Source: an uncultured bacterium (GTDB taxonomy: Bacteria > Verrucomicrobiota > Verrucomicrobiia > Limisphaerales > UBA8199). Taken from it: 64,000 bases of DNA. Each line of letters starts with the position of its first letter. Positions within the stretch are counted from its first letter, which is position 1. This document shows positions 18,412 to 28,149 of this stretch, one piece after another. Location: assembly GCA_963749495.1 (NCBI GenBank), contig CAVVMW010000018.1:62240-126239 (forward strand). The letters run 5' to 3'. Made by a program: the position numbers and the translations under genes. Under the pieces are notes generated by a model. The model was not told the origin of the DNA. It made no database searches and was given only the letters and a program-made list of their open reading frames with translations.

Positions 18412-19554
18412 TTACTCCACCAGCTTCCATCCGCCATTTTCGACCCTGACGATGACCATCGAGTCAACGCCCAGGCCGCAATGGTCCTGGGGGGAGAGGT
18501 TGTAGATGCCGCTCACGCCGACGTAATCCCTGGTGCTCTCGATGGCCGCGCGCAAGGCGGCTGGTTCGGTGCCGGCCTTCTCCATCGCCTTGAACACCAA
18601 TTGCACCGCGTCCCACGCGTAACCCGAGTGCGTGCTCAGGTTCTTGAGTCCGTGGCGGTCGTATTCCTTGATGAAATCCAGCACCACCGGGCGCTGGGGG
18701 TCGCTGGGCGAGAGCTGGTCGCCGGCCATGAGCTTGGTGGCGGGCATGGCGGTGCCGTTGGCGGCATCGGCTGCCAGCTTGATGTAATTGGGGTCGGGCT
18801 GCCCGTGGCATTGAAAGAGCGGGACGGTCAGGGCCGCTTGCCGGGCGTTCCTGGCGATGATGGCGCCCGCAGGCCCGATCGTCCAGACGACAAGGGCGTC
18901 GGGTTTTGCGGCGGCGACCTTGGCGAGCTGGACGGTCATATCGATGTCATTGGGGTCGAACGATTCCTGGGCGACGATTTGGAGGCCGAACCTTGGGGCC
19001 AGTTGCTTGAGGTAGGTCTCTCCTTCCTGGCCGAATTTGTCGGAGGCGGTGAGCGCGCCGAGCCTGGCGAGGCCCCGGGCCTTGAGATGGGCAAAGAGCC
19101 GTTCGACGGCGGTGCTGGTGCGCTGGGGCGTTTTGAAGACCCACTGGCGCGGGGGAGTGACCGGCGCATCGCCGCCCACGCACGCCACCATGGGGATGCC
19201 GCTCTGCTCGATCGTGCTCAGGCACGCCATGGCCGCGCCGGTCGTCGTGGGGCCGATGACCGCGACGACCTTGTCTTTGCCCAGCAACCGCTTGAGCGCC
19301 ACCACCGCCTGGGACGGCTCACTCTGGGTGTCCGCGATGACCAGCTCGATCGGCCGCCCCCTGAGCCCGCCTTGCCGGTTGAGACGCTCGACCACCATCC
19401 GGGCCACGTCCTTGGTGACCGAGCCGATGGCCTGGGCCTTGCCGGAGAGATCGAACAAGCCGCCGATTTTGATGGTGTCCGCGCCCGGCGCGGCGCCGGC
19501 CAGTCCCGCCGCCAGCATTGTGTTGAGCGCAAACAGTCTAGCGATTCTCGTCAT
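18412..19554 (-). CDS. ABC transporter substrate-binding protein, branched-chain amino-acid (LivJ/K-like) type
   Basis: Signal peptide followed by IKIGGLFDLSGKAQAIGSVTKDVARMVVERLNRQGGLRGRPIELVIADTQSEP, typical of the Leu/Ile/Val-binding family. Confidence 0.85.
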   Translation of the reverse strand: MTRIARLFALNTMLAAGLAGAAPGADTIKIGGLFDLSGKAQAIGSVTKDVARMVVERLNRQGGLRGRPIELVIADTQSEPSQAVVALKRLLGKDKVVAVIGPTTTGAAMACLSTIEQSGIPMVACVGGDAPVTPPRQWVFKTPQRTSTAVERLFAHLKARGLARLGALTASDKFGQEGETYLKQLAPRFGLQIVAQESFDPNDIDMTVQLAKVAAAKPDALVVWTIGPAGAIIARNARQAALTVPLFQCHGQPDPNYIKLAADAANGTAMPATKLMAGDQLSPSDPQRPVVLDFIKEYDRHGLKNLSTHSGYAWDAVQLVFKAMEKAGTEPAALRAAIESTRDYVGVSGIYNLSPQDHCGLGVDSMVIVRVENGGWKLVE

Positions 19555-19600
19555 GGTGTTCTTTAGTTTTAAGGGACGAAAGGGACGTGCTCGCGCCGCG

Positions 19601-20146
19601 TCACGGCAACCCGACTTGTTTTGGAAACGCCGGGCAGAGGCGCGAGGCCTGGAGGGGCCCGGCGGCGCCGGCGGCGAGGAAGGTCATTGCCCCGGAGGCG
19701 GCGCACAGCCACACCTCTTTGGCGCCGGCATCGAAATAGAGCGCCGTCTTCTCCCGGACTTCCGCTCGGGTATTGGACGGTGAGAGCACTTCAGCACAGA
19801 TCTCCGGCGCTTGCGGGAAGCAGGCGCGGTTGCCCAGTGAGCGCATCCGTTCCGGTGAGGCCCAGGCGACGTCAGCCACCTTCACGCCGTCGGCCGTCGA
19901 AATTGGGCACTCGGTCAAGACACGTCCACGGGGCATGAGATTCGCGAGCAGATGTCCTATCCAAGCTTGGAAGCTTCCATGTGCGGGTGGGGGAGGCGGG
20001 CTCATGATGATATGGCCGTGGCGATCGGTTTCGATGCGGCCTTGGATCTTCGCCAGTTCGGTATCGGCGACCAACTCGGCCCAGCGGCGCAGGTTCAACC
20101 TCGTTTGGGCCTCGTGTGGCGGTAGTTCGATCGTCAGCGTTGCCAT
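19601..20146 (-). CDS. Uma2-family (DUF820) endonuclease
   Basis: Start MATLTIELP at 20146. Has HGHIIMSPPPPPAHG and PEICAEVLSPSNTRAEVREKTALYFDAGAKEVWLC. The longer ORF to 20434 runs through a family-2 repeat. Confidence 0.75.
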   Translation of the reverse strand: MATLTIELPPHEAQTRLNLRRWAELVADTELAKIQGRIETDRHGHIIMSPPPPPAHGSFQAWIGHLLANLMPRGRVLTECPISTADGVKVADVAWASPERMRSLGNRACFPQAPEICAEVLSPSNTRAEVREKTALYFDAGAKEVWLCAASGAMTFLAAGAAGPLQASRLCPAFPKQVGLP

Positions 20147-20276
20147 GGGAGCAGAATAGGACCCCGGCGCAAATTGTTCAATCCTGGAATCGAGCTGATC
20201 CCTCGCCGGGGCGTATCTCACCTTTCTCGGCCTTCGGCAAGCCTGACTATTGGAGCGGGCGTCGGGAAGCCCGCCA

Positions 20277-20366
20277 GGTTTTGGACTGCGCCAGTCCTCT
20301 GGCGCTTTGGCGTCCCCAGGGGTCCGAAAAGCGGCAGAGGACTGCCGCAGTCCAAAACGCTTCGCG
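20277..20366. repeat. Family-2 repeat core (long palindrome form)
   Basis: GGTTTTGGACTGCGCCAGTCCTCTGGCGCTTT...AAAGCGGCAGAGGACTGCCGCAGTCCAAAACGC. Confidence 0.9.
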
Positions 20367-20449
20367 ACTTCGGACGCCCGCTCCAACCGCCCGGTTCGGC
20401 CGGGCTCGGCAAAGGTGAGATGCGCCCCCCTCACCGGCCGGATTACGGC

Positions 20450-21166
20450 TCACACACCCAAGTAGGCCTTCCTGACTTCGTCCGAGCGGGCCACATCGGA
20501 GGCGGGGCCTTCCATGACCACGCGCCCGGTTCTCATCACGTAGGCGCGGTCGGCGGCTTCCAGGGCGCGGCTCACGTGTTGTTCGGCGAGGATGAGGGCA
20601 AGGCCCGCCTGCTTGAGGTCCTTGATTTTCCGAAAGACCTCGTCCACCAGGAGCGGGGCCAGGCCGGTCGAGGGCTCGTCCAGGAGCAGGACCTCCGGCT
20701 CGCCCACAAGCGCCCGCGCCAGGGCCAGCATCTGCTGCTGGCCGCCGCTGAGGCTGCCGGCGCTTTGGGCCAGCTTCGGAACCAGGGCGGGAAAGCCGGC
20801 GCACACCGCCTCGATGCGCCGGACCAGGCCCCGTCCGCGCAACCGCCGGGCGTAGCCCCCCATCCTCAGGTTCTCCAGCACGCTCATGCCGGGGAAAAGC
20901 CCGCGCCCCTCCGGGACCAGCGTCAACCCCGCGGCCGCTATCCGGTTGGCGGACCGGCCGGCCATTTCCCTGCCTTTGAGCAGGACACGTCCCTCGGCGG
21001 GCGTGAGCAGGCCGGCGATGGTCTTGAGCAAGGTGCTCTTGCCCGAACCGTTGCCGCCAACCAGCGCAATGACCTCACCCGGGCAGGCCCGCAACGATAC
21101 CCCATCGATGACCCGCAACGAACCGTAGCCGGAGATGAGGTGGACGACCTTAAGGAGGCTATTCAC
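20450..21166 (-). CDS. livF: Branched-chain amino-acid ABC transporter ATP-binding protein (LivF-type)
   Basis: Walker A GGNGSGKST, signature LSGGQQQ, Walker B LLLDEP. GTG 21166 (MNSLLKVVHL) is preferred over the longer ORF to 21256. Confidence 0.85.
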   Translation of the reverse strand: MNSLLKVVHLISGYGSLRVIDGVSLRACPGEVIALVGGNGSGKSTLLKTIAGLLTPAEGRVLLKGREMAGRSANRIAAAGLTLVPEGRGLFPGMSVLENLRMGGYARRLRGRGLVRRIEAVCAGFPALVPKLAQSAGSLSGGQQQMLALARALVGEPEVLLLDEPSTGLAPLLVDEVFRKIKDLKQAGLALILAEQHVSRALEAADRAYVMRTGRVVMEGPASDVARSDEVRKAYLGV

Positions 21167-21348
21167 GATAACATGGACACTATCGCGCCGGGATTTTGAC
21201 CGCTGGCGAGGCGCGAGCGAGGAGCATACCCGAAGCGGTCTGTAACGAGCGAGCAACGACCCGTCCGCCGTAGCTTTAGCGAAGGCGGAAGCCAGCGGTC
21301 AAAAGACCAAGCGAGAGTGTTCATGTTATTGTGAATGGCCTCCTAAGC
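21149..21348. repeat. About 200-bp intercistronic foldback between livG and livF
   Basis: Outer ~38-bp imperfect inverted arms are 21149-21187 and 21310-21348. Inner arms are TTTTGACCGCTGGC / GCCAGCGGTCAAAA. The arms include the livF start region and the livG stop. Confidence 0.8.
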
Positions 21349-22128
21349 ATCCGGCGCCTCCTGCCCCAGGTAGGCGGTGCGGACCGCCGGCTCGGCGCGC
21401 ACCTGCGCGGGTGTGCCGTCGGCTATCACCCGGCCCTGGTCGAGCACGATCACCCGCTCCGCCAGGTCCATGACCAGCCCCATGTCGTGCTCCACGAGCA
21501 GGACCGTCAGCCCGCGGCCGTGAATCCGTTTGATGAGCGCGCCCAACCGGGACGTCTCGGCCGCGTTGAGGCCCGCCGCCGGCTCATCCAGCAGCAGCAG
21601 CCTGGGCCCAGGCGCCAGCGCCCGCGCCACCTCGACCAGGCGCTGCTGGCCGAAGGGTATCTCCCCCGCCGGCCGGTCCCCCAGGTGCGCCACACCAACG
21701 TCGTCCAGCAGGTAATACGCCCGCTTCATCCGCAGCCGCTCGGCCTCCACGCAACCGGGCAGCCGCAGCACCCCGCGCCAGAAGCTCAACCCGCCCATGC
21801 CCGTCAGGACGTTTTCCAGCACCGACATCTCATGGAAAAGGCGCACGTTTTGGAACGTCCGCCCGATGCCCAGGGCGCAGGCCCAAGCCGCGTCGCGCAC
21901 CGGCCGGTCGCGGAAGAGAATCCGGCCCGAGCTGGGCGGCAGCGCGCCGGCTATCAGGTTGAAGAGAGTTGTTTTGCCCGCCCCGTTCGGCCCGATGACC
22001 GCCGCCAGCGAACCTTGCGCCACCTCCAGCGAGACCCGGTCCACCGCCCTGTGCCCGCCAAAATGCCGGCTGGCCTCCCGGACCCGGAGCAGCGGAGTGT
22101 CTGTGTTCTGGGCGTCCATCGTTTTCAT
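21343..22128 (-). CDS. livG: Branched-chain amino-acid ABC transporter ATP-binding protein (LivG-type)
   Basis: MKTMDAQ start at 22128 overlaps the permease stop (ATGA). Walker A GPNGAGKTT, Walker B LLLLDEP. Confidence 0.85.
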   Translation of the reverse strand: MKTMDAQNTDTPLLRVREASRHFGGHRAVDRVSLEVAQGSLAAVIGPNGAGKTTLFNLIAGALPPSSGRILFRDRPVRDAAWACALGIGRTFQNVRLFHEMSVLENVLTGMGGLSFWRGVLRLPGCVEAERLRMKRAYYLLDDVGVAHLGDRPAGEIPFGQQRLVEVARALAPGPRLLLLDEPAAGLNAAETSRLGALIKRIHGRGLTVLLVEHDMGLVMDLAERVIVLDQGRVIADGTPAQVRAEPAVRTAYLGQEAPDA

Positions 22129-24086
22129 CCGTGGTTGAAGTTGGCGTGGGCGTGTCTGAGCCAGTCTCGCGCCGCCGGCACCAGCCCTTTGGGGCAGAAG
22201 ATGAGCATCGCCACCAGGAGGCTGCCGTAGGCCAGTTGCTCGTAACGGCTGACGTCCGTGCTGCCGAGCCGGGCGCCGGCGGCGGTGATGACTTCGTGGA
22301 GGCTGGTCATCACCACGGCGCCGATCAAGCCGCCCCAAATCCCGCCCATCCCGCCGACAACGCCCATGGTGACCAGCATGATCGAGAGCATGAGGCTGAA
22401 CTCGTCGGGCCCCAAGTAGGAGGGCGAATAGACCAGGGCGTAGAGCACGCCCGCCAGCGCCGCCAGCACGCCGGAGGCAACGAACATCTTGAGCTTCACG
22501 CCGAACACCGGCACCCCCAGCGCTGCCGCGGCCTCTTCGTCGCCGTGAATGGCCCGGAGCGCCCGCCCCACCGGCGAGGCCGTCAGGTGTACCGCCGCCA
22601 GCATCACCAGCCACGCCACCAGCCAGATGAAGTAAAACCGCGCCGGTTCGCTGCCGTTGCCCAGGCCGAAGAAAGTGATCTCGGGCAGGTTCAACAGGCC
22701 CTCGGCTCCGTGAGTGAGCCTCGAGCGGTTGATGAACTGGAAGATGATAACGCCCAGGCAGAGCGTGGCCAGGGCCAGGTGATGCCCCTTCAAACGCAGG
22801 ACCATGAATCCGCCGCCCAGCGCCGCCAAACCGCCGGCCGCAAGGGCCAGCGGCACAGCCAGCGGGACGGGCAGATGAAAGGTGGTCCAGGCCACCGCCG
22901 CCGTGTAAGCGCCGACACCGTAAAAGCCGGCCTGCCCGAGCGAGACCTGGCCCGTAAAACCCATCAGGAGTGTCAGGCCGGTGACGGCAATGGCGTAGAT
23001 GCCGCAGAGTTGCGCCAGAGGCAGGAGGTAAGCGTGCGCCCCTCGCGCCAGCAGCGGCACAACCAGGATGAACAACAGGAGCGCCCCCAAACCGCGATAG
23101 AGCTTCAGGCGGGGGACCGGCTCCGGCAATTTGATCCTCCCCGCTTTGACGGGCTCCGCGATTGGGGCAAAGGCATCCCGGCATTGCCCGCTTCCGCCCT
23201 CTCCCTCAGCGCTCCGGCCCAGGCCTTCTGCGCCCCGGCCAAAGACCCCCTCGGGCCGAAGGACCAGCACCAGCACCACGATGGCCAGCGCCAGGGTCTC
23301 CTTGTACACCGAGGACCCCCACGCGCTCAATTGCTCAAGGACCCCGAGCAGCACTCCGCTGAGCACCCCGCCGACGGGGTTGCCCAGGCCCCCCAAAATC
23401 GCCGCCGAAAACCCCTTCAAGCCCAGCATCGTGCCCTGGTCGAACTGCATCGAAAGCATCGGCGTCAATAAGACCCCGCCCACGCCCGCCAGCAGCGCGC
23501 CCAGGCCGAAGGCCAGGGCGGACATCCTGCCCGGACTCACCCCGCAGAGCCGGGCGCCCTCCGGGTTTTCCGAGCAGGCCCTCATCGCCCGGCCCGTCCT
23601 CGAGAACCGAAAAAACAGGGCCAGCGCCCCCATGCACACCGCCGCCGTGCCGAGCATCACCAGATTCTGCGACTCGACCCGGATGCCTGCCAGCCTCACC
23701 TCCCCGCTCAGCAGCGGCGGCAGATGGAACCGGTCCGTGCCCCATACCAGGGCCGCCAGCGCCCGCAGGACGATCAACACACCGACGGTGATGATAATCT
23801 GAATGACCGGCTTGGCGCGGCGCGCGGGCCGGATAGCCAGCCCCTCGACCAGCAGGCCCGCCAACCCGGCCCCCAGCACGCCCGCCGCCAGCGCCCCCCA
23901 CAGCGGCACCGAGCCCCCGCCATAGAGCCACGCCGCCGCCATCCCGCCGATCATCACAAACTCGCCCTGGGCGAAATTGAGCACGCCCGTGGTGCGGTAA
24001 ATGACGTTGAACCCCAGCGAGATCAGCGCATAGATGCTGCCGACCATGACCCCCTTCACGCACAACATGAGGGCAATGTTTCGCAT
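22125..24086 (-). CDS. Fused LivH-LivM-type branched-chain amino-acid ABC permease (no stop between the two domains)
   Basis: The LivH-like part (GSIYALISLGFNVIYRTTGVLNFAQGE ... LRPEGVFGR) continues in frame through a ~40-aa linker. It then runs into a LivM-like part (GFTGQVSLGQAGFYGVGAY...). GGAGGA-N5-TTG at about 23128 could be an internal start. Confidence 0.75.
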   Translation of the reverse strand: MRNIALMLCVKGVMVGSIYALISLGFNVIYRTTGVLNFAQGEFVMIGGMAAAWLYGGGSVPLWGALAAGVLGAGLAGLLVEGLAIRPARRAKPVIQIIITVGVLIVLRALAALVWGTDRFHLPPLLSGEVRLAGIRVESQNLVMLGTAAVCMGALALFFRFSRTGRAMRACSENPEGARLCGVSPGRMSALAFGLGALLAGVGGVLLTPMLSMQFDQGTMLGLKGFSAAILGGLGNPVGGVLSGVLLGVLEQLSAWGSSVYKETLALAIVVLVLVLRPEGVFGRGAEGLGRSAEGEGGSGQCRDAFAPIAEPVKAGRIKLPEPVPRLKLYRGLGALLLFILVVPLLARGAHAYLLPLAQLCGIYAIAVTGLTLLMGFTGQVSLGQAGFYGVGAYTAAVAWTTFHLPVPLAVPLALAAGGLAALGGGFMVLRLKGHHLALATLCLGVIIFQFINRSRLTHGAEGLLNLPEITFFGLGNGSEPARFYFIWLVAWLVMLAAVHLTASPVGRALRAIHGDEEAAAALGVPVFGVKLKMFVASGVLAALAGVLYALVYSPSYLGPDEFSLMLSIMLVTMGVVGGMGGIWGGLIGAVVMTSLHEVITAAGARLGSTDVSRYEQLAYGSLLVAMLIFCPKGLVPAARDWLRHAHANFNHG

Positions 24087-24150
24087 TTGCCGCCAGTCAG
24101 GGTAAAATGAATGGGGGCGGGATGGGAAGCCTCTTGGCAGGATCCTGCCC

Positions 24151-24263
24151 TCGGAGTGCGCCCGTCCCCGGGCGCAGCAGCGACGGAGCCGGCAGGCGCG
24201 CCGGAGTACTCGGCCGCTGCCCTGGCTGCGGACATCGCTGCGCCCGAGGACGGGCGCACTCCC
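24151..24263. repeat. Family-4 foldback repeat
   Basis: CGGAGTGCGCCCGTCCCCGGGCGCAGCAGCGACGGAGC...GCTGCGCCCGAGGACGGGCGCACTCC. Confidence 0.9.
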
Positions 24264-24338
24264 CTCTCGCCGCAACCGGATCTGGTTTGACACCTCCGGG
24301 GCGATCTTTAGGCTTGGCTGACTGATTTTCGGAGCACC

Positions 24339-25616
24339 ATGACAACCTTCTGGAACCAGAAAACCGAGACGATGTCGCGCGACGAACTGGCGAGCGGCCA
24401 GTTGGCCCGGTTGCGCCAGACCGTCAAACGCGTGTACGAGCGCAACCCGTTCTACCACAGCAAAATGGAGCAGGCGGGGGTAAAACCGGCCGACATCGAG
24501 GTCCCCGAGGACCTGCGCTGGCTTCCCTTCATCAGCAAAGAAGATTTCCGGCTCCAGTATCCGCTGGGGATGTCGTGCGTCGAGCGCTCCGAGTTGCGGG
24601 AGATCCACCTCAGCTCCGGTTCGAGCGGCTCGCCGGTGGTCATGGCCTATACGAGCGAAGACCTGGACCAGTGGGCCGAGTGCATGGCGCGCTGTTACGC
24701 GATGGCGGGCCTGGGACAGGGCGACACGATCCAGATCACACCGTCGTTCGGCCTGTTCAACGGCGGCTTCGGTTTTTACCATGGGGCGCGCAAGGCCGGG
24801 CTGTTTGTCATCCCCACCGGGGCCGGCAACACGCCGCGCCAAATCAAGTTGATGAATGATTTCGGGGTCAAGGCGCTCATGGGGGTCGTCTCCTATGGCT
24901 TGCGCATCCTGGAGGTCCTCCACCAGCAAAAGGCCGCCATCCCCTCGCTCAAGATCGGCATGTTCGGCGCCGAGACCTTCTCCGACAGCATGCGCGAGCG
25001 CATACAAAACGGCCTGGGCATCGAGGCCTTCGACATCTACGGGATGACGGAGACCGGCGGCGTGGGCACCACGGGCATGGACTGCCCCTTCCATTGCGGC
25101 ATCCACGTGTGGGAAGACCAGTATATCACCGAGGTGGTGGACCCCAAGACCGGCAAGCCGCTCGAGGACGGCCAGAGCGGCGAGGTCGTGTTCACCTCGC
25201 TCCAGCGCCAGGCCATTCCCGTCATCCGGTTTCGCACCGGCGACCTGGCGCGGGTGCTCAGCCGGAAACGTTGCGAGTGCGGCCGCACCAGCCTCCGCCT
25301 GGACCGCATCACCGGGCGCGTCGATGACATGCTCATCATCAAGGGTGTGAACTTCTTCCCGCGCCAAATCGAGCAGGCGCTCATGGAGATTCCCGGCGTG
25401 CTCCCGCACTACCAGATCATCGTCGAGGAACACGACGGCGTCCGCGACCTGCGCATCCACGTCGAGGTCCAACCCGGCGTCACCGGCTTCATGGTCGAGA
25501 AACATCTCAAGGAGAAACTGGGCTTCAGCCCCAAGGGCGACGTCTTCCCGCCCGGCACCCTGGCGCGCCAGGAGGGCAAGGCCAAACGCGTCTTTTTCGG
25601 CAAGGCCGGCGATTGA
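24339..25616 (+). CDS. paaK: Phenylacetate-CoA ligase family (PaaK-like) adenylate-forming enzyme
   Basis: 425 aa with SSGSSGSPVVMAYT, ITPSFGLFNGGFGFYHGA, YGMTE and FRTGD motifs. Confidence 0.85.
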   Translation: MTTFWNQKTETMSRDELASGQLARLRQTVKRVYERNPFYHSKMEQAGVKPADIEVPEDLRWLPFISKEDFRLQYPLGMSCVERSELREIHLSSGSSGSPVVMAYTSEDLDQWAECMARCYAMAGLGQGDTIQITPSFGLFNGGFGFYHGARKAGLFVIPTGAGNTPRQIKLMNDFGVKALMGVVSYGLRILEVLHQQKAAIPSLKIGMFGAETFSDSMRERIQNGLGIEAFDIYGMTETGGVGTTGMDCPFHCGIHVWEDQYITEVVDPKTGKPLEDGQSGEVVFTSLQRQAIPVIRFRTGDLARVLSRKRCECGRTSLRLDRITGRVDDMLIIKGVNFFPRQIEQALMEIPGVLPHYQIIVEEHDGVRDLRIHVEVQPGVTGFMVEKHLKEKLGFSPKGDVFPPGTLARQEGKAKRVFFGKAGD

Positions 25617-25712
25617 CCGGGCGCACTCCAGCTCTACCTCCGAGCTGCATCCGCGATTCCACCGTCGGAAAGCGGTCTTGTCGAGAACCTCAAGTCTTGG
25701 TAACTTTCTTCT

Positions 25713-25970
25713 GTGAAAACGTTGACGGTTGAGGAAGCGGTGGCTGGTTTGGGCCGGTGGGTGGAGTTGGCCTTGGCGGGCGAGAGAATCCAGATCCGAC
25801 AGGGAGAGGGGGTAGTGGAACTGCGGCCGGCGCGGGCCGGCGCGTCCGCTGAAACGGAACAACTGACGCCGCGTGAGGCGCTTCGCCGCTTGCAGGCCGA
25901 GGCGCGGCTCAAGCCGGAACAGGCGGAATCCTATCTCCGCGAGGTGCGCGAGGAACGCTTCGCGCTCTGA
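25713..25970 (+). CDS. Phd/YefM-like antitoxin, no cognate toxin ORF downstream
   Basis: GTG start. MKTLTVEEAVAGLGRWVELALAGERIQIRQGEGVVELRP resembles prevent-host-death antitoxins. Confidence 0.5.
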   Translation: MKTLTVEEAVAGLGRWVELALAGERIQIRQGEGVVELRPARAGASAETEQLTPREALRRLQAEARLKPEQAESYLREVREERFAL

Positions 25971-26169
25971 GGCCCTGGGGCGTCAGTCAACGACGTGAAG
26001 GACTGGAGACTTGGTGTCGTCCATGTTATCCAGTTTCCGCTCCAGCGTATTGGCATCCAAAAGCGCCTTATTCATCATCTAGCGAGGCCGGGCCTCAGAC
26101 CGTGGCTTGGGCATCCTGCCCAAGCCCTCACGGGCAGGATGCCCGTGCCACAAACTTGACCTGTCTGCA

Positions 26170-26394
26170 TCACGTTTTGAAATTCAAGGACTCTAGAGCG
26201 GCTTCAACTTCCTTGGACGTATAGACGCCTCCCTCGGAGCGGAACACCGCTGAAGGGTGCGCCGTCTGCGGGCTTTGCTGCAGTGCCTGGAGTATCAACT
26301 CCGAAACAGCCTTGCCCAGAGAGGTTTTCTCCTGGGCGGCCTTGGCTTTGGCGGCCCGGAACGCATCAGGCTCGAGTGTCACCGTGGTTCTCAC
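26170..26394 (-). CDS. VapB-like (MRTT-type) antitoxin, no intact toxin downstream
   Basis: MRTTVTLEPDAFRAAKAKAAQEKTSLGKAVSELILQAL. Downstream there is only a hairpin repeat and a 31-aa ORF (25983-26078). Confidence 0.55.
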   Translation of the reverse strand: MRTTVTLEPDAFRAAKAKAAQEKTSLGKAVSELILQALQQSPQTAHPSAVFRSEGGVYTSKEVEAALESLNFKT

Positions 26395-26599
26395 GATGGC
26401 ATCATGGCATCGGCATATCAGAGCGTCAAGCCCCTCTGGGCCGGATGGTCAAACGAAAGCTTCACCGTCGCGGGGCCTTTGTGCTAGCCCGCATATTTCA
26501 TAGCCCACCCGGCTTTTCGCGTTTCGGAGGATTTTTTGGAGACAAATCGGGCTGGGCGGCGCAGTTTTTTCCGTCTGGGCACTGATCAGGGCGCAACGG

Positions 26600-28145
26600 A
26601 GTCTTTAGTCAAACAAAAAGGCTGCCGCTGAAAACACCCCTCCCGTGACTCTTGAAACATTGACCCCATTTTTCTGCACTTAGCCCGGGGCCGGCGCCAA
26701 CGCCATCAGCCGCCGGTGGCACCGCCGAAACAGCGCTTGCAAGGGATAGGCGCTGCACATCTGCACATAGACCCGGCGCACGCTCACGCGCACCTGGGCC
26801 GCGATTTTCAGCAGCTTCACACGCAGGCTCCCAGCCGTCGCCCGCTCCAACTCCGTTCCCGCCAAGCCCTGCGTGCGCAAGCGCTCCATCAACAGGTAAG
26901 CAAACATGGCCTCCCACAATCGAAACTGATTGCTGGCCATATAATGCGTGCTCATCCGGTCGGCGTGTAAATCCAGCACTTGCTGCTTGAGCAGGTTTTC
27001 CATATCGCCCCGGGCGCAGTACAGTTCCTCATAAAGCCGGGCCGGACTGAAGCGGCTCTGTTGCTCATCCTCATCCTCATCGTTCTTGAAGCCTTCGGCA
27101 GGCAGATTGGTCACCACAAACCGTGGGTTTTCCCCTGCGTTCATCACTTCGGCTTTGCCGATCACCCGGCGCTCCCGACTCCAACTGTCGAGCGTCCGGT
27201 ATTGAAACTCAGCGAACTGGCGCACGCTGGCCGCACCGGTCAGACAGTGACGGGCCCGGGCTTGAGCCAGGGCCTGCCCAGCTTCTCAATTAACACCGAG
27301 TTCTTGGCCAAGCCCAGGCAATAGTAAATCCCCCGCTGGCTCTCGCACCAAGCCATAATCTCCTGCCGGCCAAAACCGCTGTCCCCGCGCACAATAATCC
27401 GCGCCTTGGGGCAACGCTTGCGAATCGCGGCCACTATCTTCTCCAGCGCGGGCACCGCTCCGTGGGCTGCCTCGTGCTCGGCGGTGCGCAGTTGCGCCCA
27501 TAGCGGGAAGTCCCCGACAAAGGCATAGAGCGGCAGATAACAATAGTCGTCATAGTAGGCGTTGAAGTGCCGCCCCTCCTGAAATCCGTGCAACCGATGG
27601 CCCATTGCGTCCAAATCCACCACGATCTCCTTGGCGCGTTTGGGCAGACAGCGCACCCCCATTTTCAGCAGGCAGGCTTCCACCTTGGCTGGGGCGTGCG
27701 GCAGTTTGTGGCAGCGCGTGTCTTTGTTATTGGATAATTCCAGCCGGTTGAGTGTGGAGGGCGCCGCCAGCGCGATGCCCCGGTGCTGCGGCAGCACCCT
27801 GTCTTGTCCCAGCGGATCGGTCTTGCCGCAGGCGGCAGCCAGCAGCGGGTCCAAGCGCAGGCGCTGGTGATCCTCAATGTCTTCGTAGCCCAGGGCCGTT
27901 CCGAAGATGCGCTGGCGCAGGAGTTCCTGCACCGAATGGTTTACCCAGTCGGGGTCACGCAGGTCGTAAAAACATTGCGCCAGTTCCGCCGTCACCCCGA
28001 GGTTAGTGTCGACCTGGCGCAGCAGCAGCGCGCCGGCATCACTGGAGAGGGCGCCGCCGGAGAAATCGGCTTGCACACGGCGAGGACCCAAGTCATCAAA
28101 GAGAATTGCTTGATTGGCAACGCACATGTAGTTAGTCTATAGGCT
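26600..28145 (-). mobile_element. IS1380-family insertion sequence (ends not resolved)
   Basis: Defined by the transposase reading frames. Terminal inverted repeats could not be identified with confidence, so the coordinates are approximate. Confidence 0.5.
26680..28127 (-). pseudogene. IS1380-family DDE transposase, frameshifted near 27283
   Basis: The N-part ends ...LAKNSVLIEKLGRPWLKPGPVTV*. The homologous continuation ALAQARARHCLTGAASVRQFAEFQYRTLDSWSRERRVIGKAEV...NPRFVVTN is in another frame. Confidence 0.75.
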
Positions 28146-28149
28146 AGAT

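Noticed and set aside
22125-25862. A 1,245-aa ORF on the minus strand
   Set aside because: It is a composite. Only 22125-24086 is the Liv permease. Upstream it runs through a family-4 repeat and then antisense to paaK (24339-25616), whose product is clearly recognisable.
25983-26078. A 31-codon ORF (MMNKALLDANTLERKL...) as a truncated PIN/VapC toxin
   Set aside because: The LLDANTL resemblance to VapC N-termini is too short to support a call, and no acidic-residue quartet can be assessed.
26105-26150. Hairpin GGGCATCCTGCCC...GGGCAGGATGCCC as a further repeat family
   Set aside because: Only one copy exists in this window, so it cannot be distinguished from a local terminator-like hairpin.
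26600-28145. Terminal inverted repeats and target duplication of the IS1380-family copy
   Set aside because: Only a short CTGCACTT match (about 26670 versus 28186) was seen, which is not convincing. The IS boundaries are therefore reported as approximate.
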